Shown one piece after another: positions 1 through 10,988 of a stretch of DNA of 64,000 nucleotides (position 1 is the first letter of the stretch; every line of letters begins with the position of its first letter). The notes beneath the pieces were generated by a model that saw nothing but the letters and a program-made list of their open reading frames with translations, ran no database searches and was not told the origin of the DNA. The position numbers and the translations under genes were made by a program. The DNA is from an uncultured Pelagibacteraceae bacterium. GTDB taxonomy: Bacteria > Pseudomonadota > Alphaproteobacteria > Pelagibacterales > Pelagibacteraceae. The stretch lies in contig CACHWJ010000005.1 in NCBI GenBank assembly GCA_902583635.1, positions 10,294-74,293 on the forward strand, given 5' to 3'.

Positions 1-2
1 CT

Positions 3-1403
3 GAAATTTTACCTGAAGAAATAAACGAAGTAAGAAAAGATGCAATTATAGCTACGGGTAGATCAGACTATCCTAATCAAGTTAACAATTTAATCGGCTT
101 TCCTTATATTTTTAGAGGAGCTTTAGATGTAAGGTCTAAAAATATTAATGAAGAAATGAAAGTTGCCGCATCTCAGGCAATAGCCAAACTTGCAAGAGAA
201 GATGTGCCTGATGAAGTGGTGGCAGCAATGGGAGGAGAGAGACCACATTATGGAAAAGATTATATTATTCCTTCTACATTTGATCCAAGACTAATAAGTG
301 TAATACCTGCCGCTGTTGCAAAAGCTGCGATGCAAAGTGGAGTAGCTAGAAAAAATATTGAGGATTTTGAGATATATAAAGAGCAACTTAAACAAAGATT
401 AGATCCGACTGTAACGATAATGCAGGGTATAAATTCATTTATTAAAAAAAATCAAAAAAGAATTGTTTTTGCTGATGGTGAGGATGAAAATACATTAAAA
501 GCTGCAATCGCATTTAAAAATTCAAAATTGGGAATTCCGATTTTGATTGGTAAAGAAAGTAAAATTAAAGAACAAATTAAAAATATTGGATATAACGAGA
601 ACTTTGATATTGAAATAGTAAATTCTAAAGATGAGGAAAAAAGAAATAGGTACGTTAAACACCTTTTTAAAAAATTACAAAGAGAACAAGGTTTGCTTGA
701 GAGAGATTGTGATAGATTAGTAAGAAATGATAGGGTTATTTGGGCAACAAGTATGGTTGCTTGTGGAGATGCTGACGGAGCAATAACTGGAAATACAAGA
801 CGCTTTGGAGCTTCTCTGGAAAAAATTAAACAAGTAGTCGATGTTCGAAAAGGTGAAATTATGTTTGGGTTAAATATGATTGTTCACAAAGGTAAAACAA
901 TATTTATAGGGGATACTAGTGTGCACGAATATCCTACATCAGAACAAATGGCGGAGATAGCTATGTCGACTGCAAGAGTAGTAAGGCTTTTTGGTTTTGA
1001 TCCTAAAGTTGCATTTGTTTCACATTCCACTTTTGGTCAGCCTCTTACAAGTCGAACTAAACACATAAGAGATGCTGTTGAAATTTTAAAAGAGAAAAAG
1101 GTGGATTTTGAATTTGATGGTGATATGCAGCCAGATGTTGCTTTAAATTCAGAGTATGAACAACTTTATCCTTTTGCAAGTATTGTAGGTAAAGCAAACA
1201 TTCTAATAATGCCGGGTCAGCATAGTGCAGCAATATCTTATAAGTTAATGAAGACAATTGGAGATACAAAAGTTATTGGTCCTTTATTAATTGGACTTGG
1301 CCTTCCAATTGAAATTGCACCTCTTAGGTCTTCAACTTCAGAAATAATTAATTTAGCATCAATAGCAGCCTACTCTTCTAAAGTAATAGATTATAAAAAA
1401 TAA
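3..1403 (+). CDS. maeB: NADP-dependent malic enzyme with C-terminal PTA domain (5' end outside window)
   Basis: Frame is open from base 3 (ATGRSDYPNQVNN..FPYIFRGALDV malic enzyme motif), followed by a phosphotransacetylase-like domain (RIVFADGED, DGDMQPDVAL). Confidence 0.95.
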   Translation, partial: EILPEEINEVRKDAIIATGRSDYPNQVNNLIGFPYIFRGALDVRSKNINEEMKVAASQAIAKLAREDVPDEVVAAMGGERPHYGKDYIIPSTFDPRLISVIPAAVAKAAMQSGVARKNIEDFEIYKEQLKQRLDPTVTIMQGINSFIKKNQKRIVFADGEDENTLKAAIAFKNSKLGIPILIGKESKIKEQIKNIGYNENFDIEIVNSKDEEKRNRYVKHLFKKLQREQGLLERDCDRLVRNDRVIWATSMVACGDADGAITGNTRRFGASLEKIKQVVDVRKGEIMFGLNMIVHKGKTIFIGDTSVHEYPTSEQMAEIAMSTARVVRLFGFDPKVAFVSHSTFGQPLTSRTKHIRDAVEILKEKKVDFEFDGDMQPDVALNSEYEQLYPFASIVGKANILIMPGQHSAAISYKLMKTIGDTKVIGPLLIGLGLPIEIAPLRSSTSEIINLASIAAYSSKVIDYKK

Positions 1404-1997
1404 TTAATCTTTTTGAATTCTTAAATCTTCAACAAGTATTATGCTTGCAATTACATCCTCAACGTCAAGAATTTCTTTAGCCTCACTAATCACTAAATCT
1501 TTTTCCTCAGATGTTTGCGCAATTCCATATACATATACTTTTTTTTTGTATGTATCTATTTGATAATTTGTAGCTTTAATATTTTTATTCACTATTAAGG
1601 CTGTTCTTAACTGTGTAGTAATTAAGACATCCTTAGCTGATTGTTTAAAATTAAATTCTTCTTTTATTTTTATATCATTACGAACTGATCTAGTTCCTTT
1701 TGTTTCCCATGCAATTTTTGTTATTTGCAATTTTTCCTCAGGACTATCAGCTTTTCCTGTTAAAAAAATTCTTCCATCAAGGACTTTAGATTTTACTGAT
1801 AGAAAATATTTTTTATCTTTAGCTACAATTCTAGCTGTTAAACTTTTTTGCATGATAGAATCGTCTATTTGAGTTCCTAAAGTTCTTGGATCTAATGCGA
1901 CAGAAACACCTGTACCAAATAATCCTTTAGAGCCAACACCTGCACATCCTAAAAAAATAAATCCAACAAATATTATTAATAAAAATTTAATTTTCAT
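1404..1997 (-). CDS. Dual-BON-domain lipoprotein (DolP/YraP-like)
   Basis: Lipobox FLGC, DPRTLGTQIDD motif, two BON repeats; adjacent to rsmI. Confidence 0.85.
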   Translation of the reverse strand: MKIKFLLIIFVGFIFLGCAGVGSKGLFGTGVSVALDPRTLGTQIDDSIMQKSLTARIVAKDKKYFLSVKSKVLDGRIFLTGKADSPEEKLQITKIAWETKGTRSVRNDIKIKEEFNFKQSAKDVLITTQLRTALIVNKNIKATNYQIDTYKKKVYVYGIAQTSEEKDLVISEAKEILDVEDVIASIILVEDLRIQKD

Positions 1998-2850
1998 TTT
2001 TTAGCTTTAAACAATAATTGTATACTAGCTTTTTTGAAACTTTACTATTTTGACAAATTAAATCTGCAATTTCTTTTATTGTAAGTTTATTAATCATTTT
2101 ATTAATTATATTAATATCAGATTCATTAAGATTTTTAGAGTTATTTTCTTCAGTGTTTTTTTCTGAAATTACAACTGTTAACTCACCTTTTGGTTCTTTT
2201 TGAAATCGTTCCAACTCATCTACATTTACTCTTAAAAACTCTTCATACAACTTAGTGATCTCTCTACAAATTACAATTTTTCTACCACTAAAGTACATTT
2301 TAATTTCAGGTATAACTTTATTAATTTTTTTAGGAGATATAAAAAAAACTAAAGTTGAATTAAATTCTGATATTTTTTTAAGCTGATTTATTATTTGTTG
2401 TTTTTTATTTGGTAAGAAACCACAAAAAAAAAATTGATCAGAAAACCCACTAATTGATATAGCAGTTAAAACTGCTGATGGACCAGGTATTGGGACAATC
2501 TTAATATCGTTTTTAATACACTCATTGACTAAAACTGAGCCTGGATCAGAGATAGCTGGAGTCCCAGCATCTGAAATTAGAGATATAATTTTTCCAGATT
2601 TTAAATATTCAATTATTTTGAGAGTATTTTTTTTTTCATTAAATTTATGATTTGAAATCAATTTTGATTTGATTTCATATTTATTTAATAAATTTTTTGA
2701 TGTGCGAGTGTCCTCACATAAAATAAAATCAGATTGTTTTAATATTTCTAGTGCTCTTATAGTAATATCTTTCAAATTACCTATTGGCGTTGAAACTATA
2801 TAAAGACCATTTTCATTACCTTTTATTTTAGATTGTGGTTTAATGATCAT
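1987..2850 (-). CDS. rsmI: 16S rRNA C1402 2'-O-methyltransferase
   Basis: LYIVSTPIGNL, CEDTR, SDAGTPAISDPG, CREITKLYEE motifs. Confidence 0.95.
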   Translation of the reverse strand: MIIKPQSKIKGNENGLYIVSTPIGNLKDITIRALEILKQSDFILCEDTRTSKNLLNKYEIKSKLISNHKFNEKKNTLKIIEYLKSGKIISLISDAGTPAISDPGSVLVNECIKNDIKIVPIPGPSAVLTAISISGFSDQFFFCGFLPNKKQQIINQLKKISEFNSTLVFFISPKKINKVIPEIKMYFSGRKIVICREITKLYEEFLRVNVDELERFQKEPKGELTVVISEKNTEENNSKNLNESDINIINKMINKLTIKEIADLICQNSKVSKKLVYNYCLKLKNEN

Positions 2851-2884
2851 AATTTAGATAATAAAATATGATACTAACATCAAA

Positions 2885-4039
2885 ATGATTAAATTAATTA
2901 AAATTTTTTTTATTATAAAATTTGGAGTATTTTTATTATTTTTTCAAACAGTAAATGCAAAAGAAAAAATAAAAATTGGTTTGTTAATACCAATGACTGG
3001 TTCAAGTAAAGAAATTGGTCAGTCAATTATTAAAGCAGTAAGTTTAGCAGTAAAAGATATTGATAATGACACAATTGAAATTTACCCTAAAGACACTGCT
3101 TCAAGACCTAACCAAGCCCTCAAATCGGCATTTGAATTAAAACAAATGGGGATAAAGGTAGTAATAGGCCCAGTCTTCTATGAAAGTTTAACCTATCTAG
3201 ATGAAATGAAAGATTTAACATTTTTATCTTTAACAAACAAAACTTTAGATCTTCCTAAAAATGTAATTTCGGCAGGTATAAATTCTACGTCCCAATTCAA
3301 AACAATAAAAAAATTTTTAGAAAAAAATAACATTGAAAAAACTATTTTCTTAACACCAATTCAGGAATATGAATTTGAAATTAAAAAAGGAATGAAAGAT
3401 TCAAAAATAAAAATTTTTAAAGAATATGATTATAATACTGATCCAACAAAACTAACAAAACAAATAGAAGAAATTACAAAATATAAAATAAGAAAACAAA
3501 ATCTAGAAGACGAGATTACAAGAATCAAAAATTCAAACGAACCTAATAAGGAAAAAAAAATAAAAAGATTAGAAAAAAGATATACTATAGGAAATTTAAA
3601 CTTTGATGCAGTTGTAATTGCTGATTTCGATGAAAGCCTAAAAAGTGTTACAACATCACTATTGTACACTGACGTAAAACCTAAAAATAAACATTTTATA
3701 ACACTTAATCAGTGGTTTAATGAAAGTTTATTAAATGAAACAGATATCCAGCCAATATATTATCCCTCAATTAATAAAGAAAATTTTAATGATTATAAAA
3801 TAAAATATTTTAATGCCTTTAATGAAGATCCTTCTCATCTATCACTCTTAAGTTATGATTTGTTAGGTCTGGTTTACTATCTATCATTAGGTTCTGATCT
3901 TTCTAATTTAAATAAATTGTTTAAAAAACAAAATTCATTTAAAGGCAAAATCGGAATATTTGATATTAAAAATAATAAAATAAATCATAGATTAAATTTT
4001 TATAAAATTGATGAGAAAGAACTTATAAAAATTTTCTAA
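2885..4039 (+). CDS. Penicillin-binding protein activator (LpoA-like) / periplasmic binding-fold protein
   Basis: Signal peptide, KIGLLIPMTG, VVIGP; divergent from rsmI as is typical in alphaproteobacteria. Confidence 0.7.
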   Translation: MIKLIKIFFIIKFGVFLLFFQTVNAKEKIKIGLLIPMTGSSKEIGQSIIKAVSLAVKDIDNDTIEIYPKDTASRPNQALKSAFELKQMGIKVVIGPVFYESLTYLDEMKDLTFLSLTNKTLDLPKNVISAGINSTSQFKTIKKFLEKNNIEKTIFLTPIQEYEFEIKKGMKDSKIKIFKEYDYNTDPTKLTKQIEEITKYKIRKQNLEDEITRIKNSNEPNKEKKIKRLEKRYTIGNLNFDAVVIADFDESLKSVTTSLLYTDVKPKNKHFITLNQWFNESLLNETDIQPIYYPSINKENFNDYKIKYFNAFNEDPSHLSLLSYDLLGLVYYLSLGSDLSNLNKLFKKQNSFKGKIGIFDIKNNKINHRLNFYKIDEKELIKIF

Positions 4040-4625
4040 GTTTTTTAAATGCAAAATACCTATGATCTATCTTATATTTTCTTTGAGGCTTTATTTCTCC
4101 AAATGTTTTTTTTTTGCCTTTAGGAATAAAAATAGGATCATAGCCAAATCCATTTTTTCCTTTAGGTTCATTTGAAATATAACCTTCAATTTTACTCTGA
4201 ACACACGCAATTTTTTTATCTAAATATGAAATAGATAATGCACAAATAAACCTTGCTTTAATTTTTCTTTGTTTCCAATTTTTATTTTGTTTATTGAGCT
4301 CCCTATAAACTCTTTTAATAGCCTTATTGAAATCTCCATGGCTTCCACCCCATCTTGCAGAATAAATTCCAGGTTTTTTATCCAAAAGGTCTATTTCTAA
4401 ACCAGAGTCATCGGCTAAACATGAAAGTCCTGTCCTTTTTGAAAAATATTTGGACTTAATTAGAGAGTTTTCTTTAAATGTTTTTCCATTTTCTATTGGG
4501 CTTTTGAGGTTAAATTCAGATGTAGAATGAATTTCAATGTTTTTTGGCAATAAACTCCTAATTTCTCGCAGTTTACCTTTGTTGTTTGTTCCAATAAGTA
4601 ATTTATTTATTTTTTGTTTTGGCAT
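4023..4625 (-). CDS. rdgB: Non-canonical purine NTP pyrophosphatase (RdgB/HAM1)
   Basis: TNNKGKLRE, LADDSGL, PGIYSARW, GFGYDPIF motifs. Confidence 0.95.
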   Translation of the reverse strand: MPKQKINKLLIGTNNKGKLREIRSLLPKNIEIHSTSEFNLKSPIENGKTFKENSLIKSKYFSKRTGLSCLADDSGLEIDLLDKKPGIYSARWGGSHGDFNKAIKRVYRELNKQNKNWKQRKIKARFICALSISYLDKKIACVQSKIEGYISNEPKGKNGFGYDPIFIPKGKKKTFGEIKPQRKYKIDHRYFAFKKLRKFL

Positions 4626-4654
4626 CTGGAAATTATCAAAATCCTTACCATATA
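4626..4654 (+). promoter_or_regulatory. Putative RpoH (sigma32) promoter of grpE
   Basis: CTGGAA-N16-CCATATA, ending 7 nt before the grpE ATG. Confidence 0.55.
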
Positions 4655-4661
4655 AGGCTTA

Positions 4662-5312
4662 ATGGAAAAAGAAGAAAACCAAAATTCAAATATTAAAAAT
4701 GACCAGGAAGTAGAAAAAGAAACTACTCAACCTCAAGAAAATTTAGAGAGTGAATTAAAACAAGATACTGACCAAGAAGTTAAAGAAGAGGTCAAAAAGA
4801 TTACCCCAGAGGAAAAAATTGCCGAACTTGAGGACAAAGTAGTTAGAACTTTTGCTGAGATGGAAAATCAAAGAAGAAGGTTTGAAAAAGAAAAAGAAGA
4901 AGCATTTGAATATGGTGGTTATAGTTTTGCTAAGGAAGCACTAAATTTAATTGATAACTTAGAGCGATCAAAACAAATTTTAGAAACTGATGACAAGTTA
5001 AAAGGAACTGAGGCTCTTAATAAATCTTTAGAGCATTTAGATATCATTAAAAAAGATACTATTTCAATTTTTGAGAAAAATTCTATTAAACCAATAGAAA
5101 GTTTGAATAAAAAATTGGACCCTAACTATCATCAAGCGATGATGGAAATTGAAGATGACACAAAAGAACCTGGAACTATTATTCAAGAAATTCAAAAAGG
5201 CTTTACCATAAAAGATAGGCTGCTTAGACCCTCTTTAGTTGGTGTATCTAAAAAAACTTCCAAAAAAGAGGAAAAAACTGAGGAAAATAAAGAAAATGAA
5301 GAGGATAAATAA
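4662..5312 (+). CDS. grpE: Nucleotide exchange factor GrpE
   Basis: AEMENQRRR, DPNYHQAM, QKGF..DRLLRP motifs; upstream of dnaK. Confidence 0.97.
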   Translation: MEKEENQNSNIKNDQEVEKETTQPQENLESELKQDTDQEVKEEVKKITPEEKIAELEDKVVRTFAEMENQRRRFEKEKEEAFEYGGYSFAKEALNLIDNLERSKQILETDDKLKGTEALNKSLEHLDIIKKDTISIFEKNSIKPIESLNKKLDPNYHQAMMEIEDDTKEPGTIIQEIQKGFTIKDRLLRPSLVGVSKKTSKKEEKTEENKENEEDK

Positions 5313-5324
5313 TCCTAAGATCAA

Positions 5325-5352
5325 CTTGTAGATCAGGATTTAAACCTTATAT
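5325..5352 (+). promoter_or_regulatory. RpoH (sigma32) promoter of dnaK
   Basis: CTTG-N17-CTTATAT matches the alphaproteobacterial heat-shock consensus CTTG-N17-CYTATNT. Confidence 0.7.
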
Positions 5353-5372
5353 GACGGTTAGGATATAAAATT

Positions 5373-7298
5373 ATGAGTAAAATTATTGGAATAGATTTAG
5401 GAACAACAAATTCATGCGTTGCAATTATGGAAGGAACGCAAGCTAAGGTATTAGAAAATGCAGAAGGTGCAAGAACAACTCCTTCGGTTGTGGCTTTTAC
5501 TGATGATAAAGAAAAATTAATTGGCCAACCAGCTAAAAGACAAGCGGTAACAAACCCAGAAAATACAATCTTTGCAGTTAAAAGATTGATTGGAAGAAAC
5601 TTTGACGACCCAACTGTTAAGAAAGATGTCGAAGCAGCACCTTTTAAAATAGTAAATTCAGAAAAAGGAGATGCTTGGATTGAAGCTAAAGGAGAAAAAT
5701 ATTCACCTTCTCAAATATCTGCATTTATTTTACAAAAAATGAAAGAAACTGCAGAAAAATATCTTGGTCAAGCTGTAACCAAAGCAGTAATTACAGTACC
5801 AGCATATTTCAATGATGCTCAAAGACAGGCGACTAAAGATGCAGGAAAAATTGCTGGATTAGAGGTTTTAAGAATTATAAATGAACCAACAGCTGCATCA
5901 CTTGCATATGGTTTAGATAAAAAGCAAAATAAAAAAATTGCCGTTTACGATTTAGGTGGTGGAACATTTGACGTTTCAATCCTAGAGTTAGGTGATGGTG
6001 TGTTCGAAGTTAAATCTACTAATGGTGATACATTTTTAGGTGGTGAGGATTTTGATAATGCGGTTGTTGACTATTTAGTTTCAGAATTTAAAAAAGACAA
6101 CGGTATTGATCTTAAATCTGATAAACTTGCTTTACAAAGACTGAAAGAAGCTGCTGAAAAAGCGAAAATAGAGCTATCATCTGCAGAGCAAACGGATATT
6201 AATTTACCATTCATTACTGCTGATAAAACAGGTCCCAAACATATTAATTTAAAAATGACTAGAGCTAAACTTGAAGCTCTAGTGGAAGATTTAATCGCAA
6301 AAACAATTCCACCATGCAAAACTGCTTTAAAAGATGCTGGTATTAATGCTAGTGAAATTGATGAAGTTGTAATGGTTGGTGGTATGACTAGAATGCCTAA
6401 AGTTCTAGAAGAAGTTAAAAACTTTTTTGGAAAAGATCCAAATAAAAGTGTTAATCCAGATGAAGTAGTGGCTATGGGTGCAGCAATTCAGGCTGGTGTA
6501 CTGCAAGGTGATGTTAAGGACGTACTTTTATTAGATGTTACTCCTTTGTCACTTGGTATTGAAACACTTGGTGGTGTTTCTACAAAACTAATAGATAAAA
6601 ATACAACAATTCCAACTAAAAAAAGCCAAGTATTTTCAACAGCTGAAGATAATCAACCAGCTGTATCTATAAGAGTTTTACAGGGTGAAAGAGAGATGGC
6701 GACTGACAATAAAGCATTAGGTAACTTTGAGCTTGTGGGTATCGCTCCTGCTCCAAGAGGTGTTCCTCAGATTGAAGTAACTTTTGATATTGATGCAAAT
6801 GGTATTGTAAATGTTTCTGCAAAAGATAAAGGAACTGGTAAAGAGCAAAAAATTCAAATTCAAGCCTCAGGTGGGCTAAGTGATGAAGAGATTGAAAAAA
6901 TGGTTAAAGATGCTGAAGCTAACAAAGAAGCTGATAAGAAAAAAAGGGAGTCTGTCGACGTTAGAAATCAAGCAGATACTTTAATTCACTCTACAGAAAA
7001 AAACTTAAAAGAACATGGAACAAAAGTTTCTGATGCTGAAAAGAAAGCAATTGAAGATGCTTCATCAGCCGTAAAAGAAGCAATTAAGGGTGAGGACATT
7101 GAAGATATCAAGAAAAAGACAGAAGCTTTAGTTCAAGCTTCCATGAAACTTGGAGAGGCAATCTATAAATCACAACAAAGCGCTAAACCAGATTCTGGAA
7201 AAGATGACGGTGGAGATGATGCAGGTAAAAAAGACGAAAATGTTGTTGATGCTGATTTTGAAGAAGTAAAAGACGAGAACAAAGAAAAAAGCGCATAA
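5373..7298 (+). CDS. dnaK: Chaperone DnaK (Hsp70)
   Basis: [17 protein letters not shown] and full-length Hsp70 sequence. Confidence 0.99.
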   Translation: MSKIIGIDLGTTNSCVAIMEGTQAKVLENAEGARTTPSVVAFTDDKEKLIGQPAKRQAVTNPENTIFAVKRLIGRNFDDPTVKKDVEAAPFKIVNSEKGDAWIEAKGEKYSPSQISAFILQKMKETAEKYLGQAVTKAVITVPAYFNDAQRQATKDAGKIAGLEVLRIINEPTAASLAYGLDKKQNKKIAVYDLGGGTFDVSILELGDGVFEVKSTNGDTFLGGEDFDNAVVDYLVSEFKKDNGIDLKSDKLALQRLKEAAEKAKIELSSAEQTDINLPFITADKTGPKHINLKMTRAKLEALVEDLIAKTIPPCKTALKDAGINASEIDEVVMVGGMTRMPKVLEEVKNFFGKDPNKSVNPDEVVAMGAAIQAGVLQGDVKDVLLLDVTPLSLGIETLGGVSTKLIDKNTTIPTKKSQVFSTAEDNQPAVSIRVLQGEREMATDNKALGNFELVGIAPAPRGVPQIEVTFDIDANGIVNVSAKDKGTGKEQKIQIQASGGLSDEEIEKMVKDAEANKEADKKKRESVDVRNQADTLIHSTEKNLKEHGTKVSDAEKKAIEDASSAVKEAIKGEDIEDIKKKTEALVQASMKLGEAIYKSQQSAKPDSGKDDGGDDAGKKDENVVDADFEEVKDENKEKSA

Positions 7299-7327
7299 AC
7301 TGACATTTAAAAGTCTGGGGTAATTAA

Positions 7328-8455
7328 ATGGCTAAAAGAGACTATTATGATGTCCTGGGCGTTAGTAAAAACGCAAGTCCTGAAGATTTAAAATCAGCCT
7401 ACAGAAAATTAGCAGTTAAATATCATCCCGATAAAAATCCTGGTGACACTAAAGCTGAAGACAAATTTAAAGAAGCCAGTGAAGCTTACGGAATACTTTC
7501 TGACAAGGAAAAAAAACAGAACTATGATAACTTTGGTCATGCTGCTTTTGAAAACGGAGGTGGAAGACCTGGTGGTGGGTTTAGTGGTTTTAGTGGTGCA
7601 GATTTTTCAGATATTTTTGAGGATTTCTTTGGAGATTTTGGTGGTGGTGGCAGATCTAGAAATAGAAGAACTAACAATAGAGGATCAGATTTAAGATATG
7701 ATTTATCTATTTCTCTTGAAGAAGCATATCATGGTAAAAAACAAGACATAAAGTTTTCAACAAGTGAAAAATGTGGAACTTGTAAGGGAAATGGTTCAAA
7801 ACCAGGATCAACACCAGATACATGCTCTTATTGTGGTGGTAACGGAAAAATTAGATCTAACCAAGGATTTTTTACTGTTCAACAGACGTGTCCTCAATGT
7901 AACGGTAACGGAGAGGAAATCACAAACCCTTGTAGCGATTGTAACGGTCAAGGAAAAAGCCAAGTTTCAAAAAAAATATCAGTAACTATTCCAAGGGGTG
8001 TTGATGATGGGACAAGAATTCGATTAGCTGGAAAAGGAGAAGCTGGTAGCAGAGGAGGATCAACTGGTGACCTTTATTTATTCATTAATGTTCATTCTCA
8101 CAACTTATTTAAACGATCAGATGAAAATTTATTTTTTGAATTTCCCATATCTCTTGCCGATGCTGCTCTTGGATCAACAATTGAAATTCCAACAATTGAT
8201 GGGGGCAAAGCAAAAATTAAAATACCTGATGGAACGCAAAACGGTAAACAGTTTAGACTAAAAGGTAAAGGAATGCCTTTTATGAGAAGAGGCGATTATG
8301 GAGACCTTTATGTTCAAGTAAAGACTGAAGTACCTGTATACTTAAATAAAAAACAAAAAGAATTACTGGAACAATTTAGAGAAATTGAAAATGATAAGTC
8401 AAATCCAAGTATTAAAAAATTTTTTCAAAGAGCAAAAGACTTTTGGAAAAATTAA
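7328..8455 (+). CDS. dnaJ: Chaperone DnaJ
   Basis: J domain with HPD, G/F region, four CxxCxGxG repeats. Confidence 0.99.
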   Translation: MAKRDYYDVLGVSKNASPEDLKSAYRKLAVKYHPDKNPGDTKAEDKFKEASEAYGILSDKEKKQNYDNFGHAAFENGGGRPGGGFSGFSGADFSDIFEDFFGDFGGGGRSRNRRTNNRGSDLRYDLSISLEEAYHGKKQDIKFSTSEKCGTCKGNGSKPGSTPDTCSYCGGNGKIRSNQGFFTVQQTCPQCNGNGEEITNPCSDCNGQGKSQVSKKISVTIPRGVDDGTRIRLAGKGEAGSRGGSTGDLYLFINVHSHNLFKRSDENLFFEFPISLADAALGSTIEIPTIDGGKAKIKIPDGTQNGKQFRLKGKGMPFMRRGDYGDLYVQVKTEVPVYLNKKQKELLEQFREIENDKSNPSIKKFFQRAKDFWKN

Positions 8456-8458
8456 GAT

Positions 8459-8629
8459 ATGGGATTTGAAGAAATTATTCCATTAATAGGTTTAATATTA
8501 GTATTAACTCTTGTTCTGCCTGGCTTCATAAATTCAAACTCAAAGAAAAGAGTATTTTTTAAAAATTTAAGTATTTGGGGTATTATTGTTTTATTACTTA
8601 TGATACTTCTTTATTTTATCTATCAATGA
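8459..8629 (+). CDS. Small two-TM membrane protein, 56 aa (not in ORF track)
   Basis: MGFEEIIPLIGLILVLTLVLPGFINSNSKKRVFFKNLSIWGIIVLLLMILLYFIYQ; ATG 3 nt after the dnaJ stop, TGA overlaps the dapB ATG (ATGA). Confidence 0.75.
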   Translation: MGFEEIIPLIGLILVLTLVLPGFINSNSKKRVFFKNLSIWGIIVLLLMILLYFIYQ

Positions 8630-9402
8630 GAAAAATTAACTTAGCTATATCTGGATGCATGGGCAGGATGGGCCAGCAATTAATAAAGTCCTCAAAGAAA
8701 AATAAAAACTTTAAACTAGTTACACTTACTGAAAACACATTAATAAGTAAAAAATTTAATGGAGTTAAACCCGAGTTAAATTCTTACAAAGCTTTTAAAA
8801 AATCTGACGTAATTATTGATTTTACTGTTCCTGACTGCACCCTTGAAATATTAAAAATAGCGTCAAAAATAAAAAAAAAAGTAGTAATTGGTACTACTGG
8901 ATTTACCAGAAGTCAGGAGAGTCAGATTAAAAAATTTTCAAAAAAAATACCTATTTTAAAAGCAGGTAACATGAGCTTAGGTGTTAATTTATTGATGTAT
9001 TTAACTGAAATTGCTTCAAAATCACTAAATGATGAATATTTAAGTAAAATATTTGAAGTACATCACAAACATAAAAAAGACTATCCATCCGGTACTGCCT
9101 TAATGCTTGGGAAAGGAATTGCTAATGGAAAAAATAAAAATTTATATAGTTTAATTGGTAAAAAATTTTTAAATAAAAAAACTTTTCCTTATGGAACAAA
9201 GATTAATTTTAATTCAATTAGAAAAGGTGAAATTATTGGAGAACATGAGGTGAAATTCTCAAGTGGAAAAGAAATAATCACATTAAATCATGAAGCTTTT
9301 GACAGAGCACTTTATTCGGATGGAGCTTTAGCTGCTTCTAAATGGTTAATGAAAAAAAGAACAGGATTATATTCTATGAGAGATTTGCTTAACTTTTCCT
9401 AA
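8626..9402 (+). CDS. dapB: 4-hydroxy-tetrahydrodipicolinate reductase
   Basis: GCMGRMG, IDFT, VIGTTG, EVHHKHKKDYPSGTAL. Start set at ATG 8626 (MRKINLAI). Confidence 0.95.
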   Translation: MRKINLAISGCMGRMGQQLIKSSKKNKNFKLVTLTENTLISKKFNGVKPELNSYKAFKKSDVIIDFTVPDCTLEILKIASKIKKKVVIGTTGFTRSQESQIKKFSKKIPILKAGNMSLGVNLLMYLTEIASKSLNDEYLSKIFEVHHKHKKDYPSGTALMLGKGIANGKNKNLYSLIGKKFLNKKTFPYGTKINFNSIRKGEIIGEHEVKFSSGKEIITLNHEAFDRALYSDGALAASKWLMKKRTGLYSMRDLLNFS

Positions 9403-10055
9403 TGAATGAAAAACAGAAAGCAAAAATTATTATTAAAACTCTTAATAAGATCTATCCTAAAGCTCCAGTTCCTCTAAAAAGTAAAAATACTTTTACACTA
9501 TTAATTTCTGTACTGCTTTCTGCACAATGTACTGATGTAAATGTTAATAATGTTACGAAATATATATATCCAAAATATTTTAAGCCACAACATTTTGTAA
9601 AATTAGGAAGGAAAAAAATTGAGAAATTAATCAAAAAAATAGGTATTTTTAGAATTAAAGCCAAAAGCATATACTTAATGTCAAAACAGCTTTTAGATAA
9701 ACATAAAGGGAAAGTACCTAGAAGTTTTGAAGAGTTAGAAAAACTACCTGGTGTTGGCCATAAAACAGCTAGCGTAGTGATGTCTCAAGGTTTTGGATAT
9801 CCAGCATTTGCAGTTGATACTCACATTCATAGACTTGCGCAAAGATGGGGTTTAACAAATGGAAAAAATGTGACTCAAACCGAAAAAGATCTAAAAAGAA
9901 TATTTCCAAAGAACACTTGGTCAAAACTTCACTTACAAATAATTTTTTACGGCAGAGAATATTGTAAAGCAAGAGATTGTTATGGTTTAAAATGTAAAAT
10001 ATGCACTACTTGCTACCCAAATAGAAAAAAACCTGTTAATACCAAAAAAGCATAA
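9402..10055 (+). CDS. nth: Endonuclease III
   Basis: LLSAQCTD, HhH motif LPGVGHKTA, VDTHIHR, C-terminal Fe-S cysteines. Confidence 0.95.
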   Translation: MNEKQKAKIIIKTLNKIYPKAPVPLKSKNTFTLLISVLLSAQCTDVNVNNVTKYIYPKYFKPQHFVKLGRKKIEKLIKKIGIFRIKAKSIYLMSKQLLDKHKGKVPRSFEELEKLPGVGHKTASVVMSQGFGYPAFAVDTHIHRLAQRWGLTNGKNVTQTEKDLKRIFPKNTWSKLHLQIIFYGREYCKARDCYGLKCKICTTCYPNRKKPVNTKKA

Positions 10056-10056
10056 T

Positions 10057-10986
10057 ATGAAAATTTTGGGAATTGGAAATGCAATAGTAGATGTCATTTG
10101 TAGAGTAGATGATAATTTTATTAAAAAAAATAATCTGACTAAGAGCACAATGAAATTATTTTTTGATGAAAAAGAGTTTAAAAATTTATTAAAAAATCTA
10201 AGGATTGAAAAAACGGTCTCTGGAGGCTCTGTTGCAAACTCGATAGTTGGTATATCACAGCTTGGTAACAAAGCTGGCTTTATAGGTAAAATTTCAGATG
10301 ACGAATTTGGAAGTAATTACGAAGAAGGATTAAAAAAAGAAAAAGTAGAGTATTTTTATTCTAAAAAGAAAGAAAAATTGCCAACTGGAACTTGTTTAAT
10401 ATTGGTAACTCCTGACTCTGAGAGAACAATGTGTACTTTCTTAGGAACAGCAGGAAAAATTAATGAAAATGATGTTAGTTCTGATGCAATTAATAAAAGT
10501 GAGATAATATTTTTAGAAGGTTACCTATGGGATGAGGGAGAACCCAAAAAAGCGTTTGATAAAGCTATAAGTAATGCAAATAAAGTTGCTATGTCACTCT
10601 CTGATCTATTTTGCGTAGATAGACACAAACTTCATTTTTTAAACTTAGTTAAAAACAAGCTTGATATAACATTTGCTAACGAGCAAGAAATTATCTCATT
10701 AATTGAAGCGAAGAATTTTAATGAAGTTATACAATTTTCAAAACAATTAAATAAATTAGTTATTGTAACAAGAGGAGAAAAAGGTGCAGTCGCTATTAAT
10801 GGTGATGAAGTTGTTGAAAGTGATATACAAAAAAAACTAAAAATTGTTGATCTTACAGGTGCGGGTGATCTTTTTGCTGCTGGATTTTTACATGGATACA
10901 TCAACAAATTATCTACAAAAGAGTGTCTCGAAAAGGGTACTGAAATGTCATCAAGGGTAATTCAACAAATTGGTGCAAGACTGTAA
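10057..10986 (+). CDS. PfkB-family carbohydrate/adenosine kinase
   Basis: GIGNAIVD, GGSVAN, DLTGAGDLFAAGF PfkB signature. Confidence 0.9.
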   Translation: MKILGIGNAIVDVICRVDDNFIKKNNLTKSTMKLFFDEKEFKNLLKNLRIEKTVSGGSVANSIVGISQLGNKAGFIGKISDDEFGSNYEEGLKKEKVEYFYSKKKEKLPTGTCLILVTPDSERTMCTFLGTAGKINENDVSSDAINKSEIIFLEGYLWDEGEPKKAFDKAISNANKVAMSLSDLFCVDRHKLHFLNLVKNKLDITFANEQEIISLIEAKNFNEVIQFSKQLNKLVIVTRGEKGAVAINGDEVVESDIQKKLKIVDLTGAGDLFAAGFLHGYINKLSTKECLEKGTEMSSRVIQQIGARL

Positions 10987-10988
10987 AT

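Noticed and set aside
7443-8261. Alternate-frame ORFs within dnaJ (and similar 60-115 aa ORFs inside dnaK, hslUV, hisF, porin, mscS)
   Set aside because: They overlap well-supported genes and reflect codon bias.
8575-8625. ORF-track N-terminal extensions of dapB (also hisE, hisB, Tim44 and the Ubi hydroxylase)
   Set aside because: Homology begins at downstream ATGs, and some of the extensions overlap neighbouring genes.
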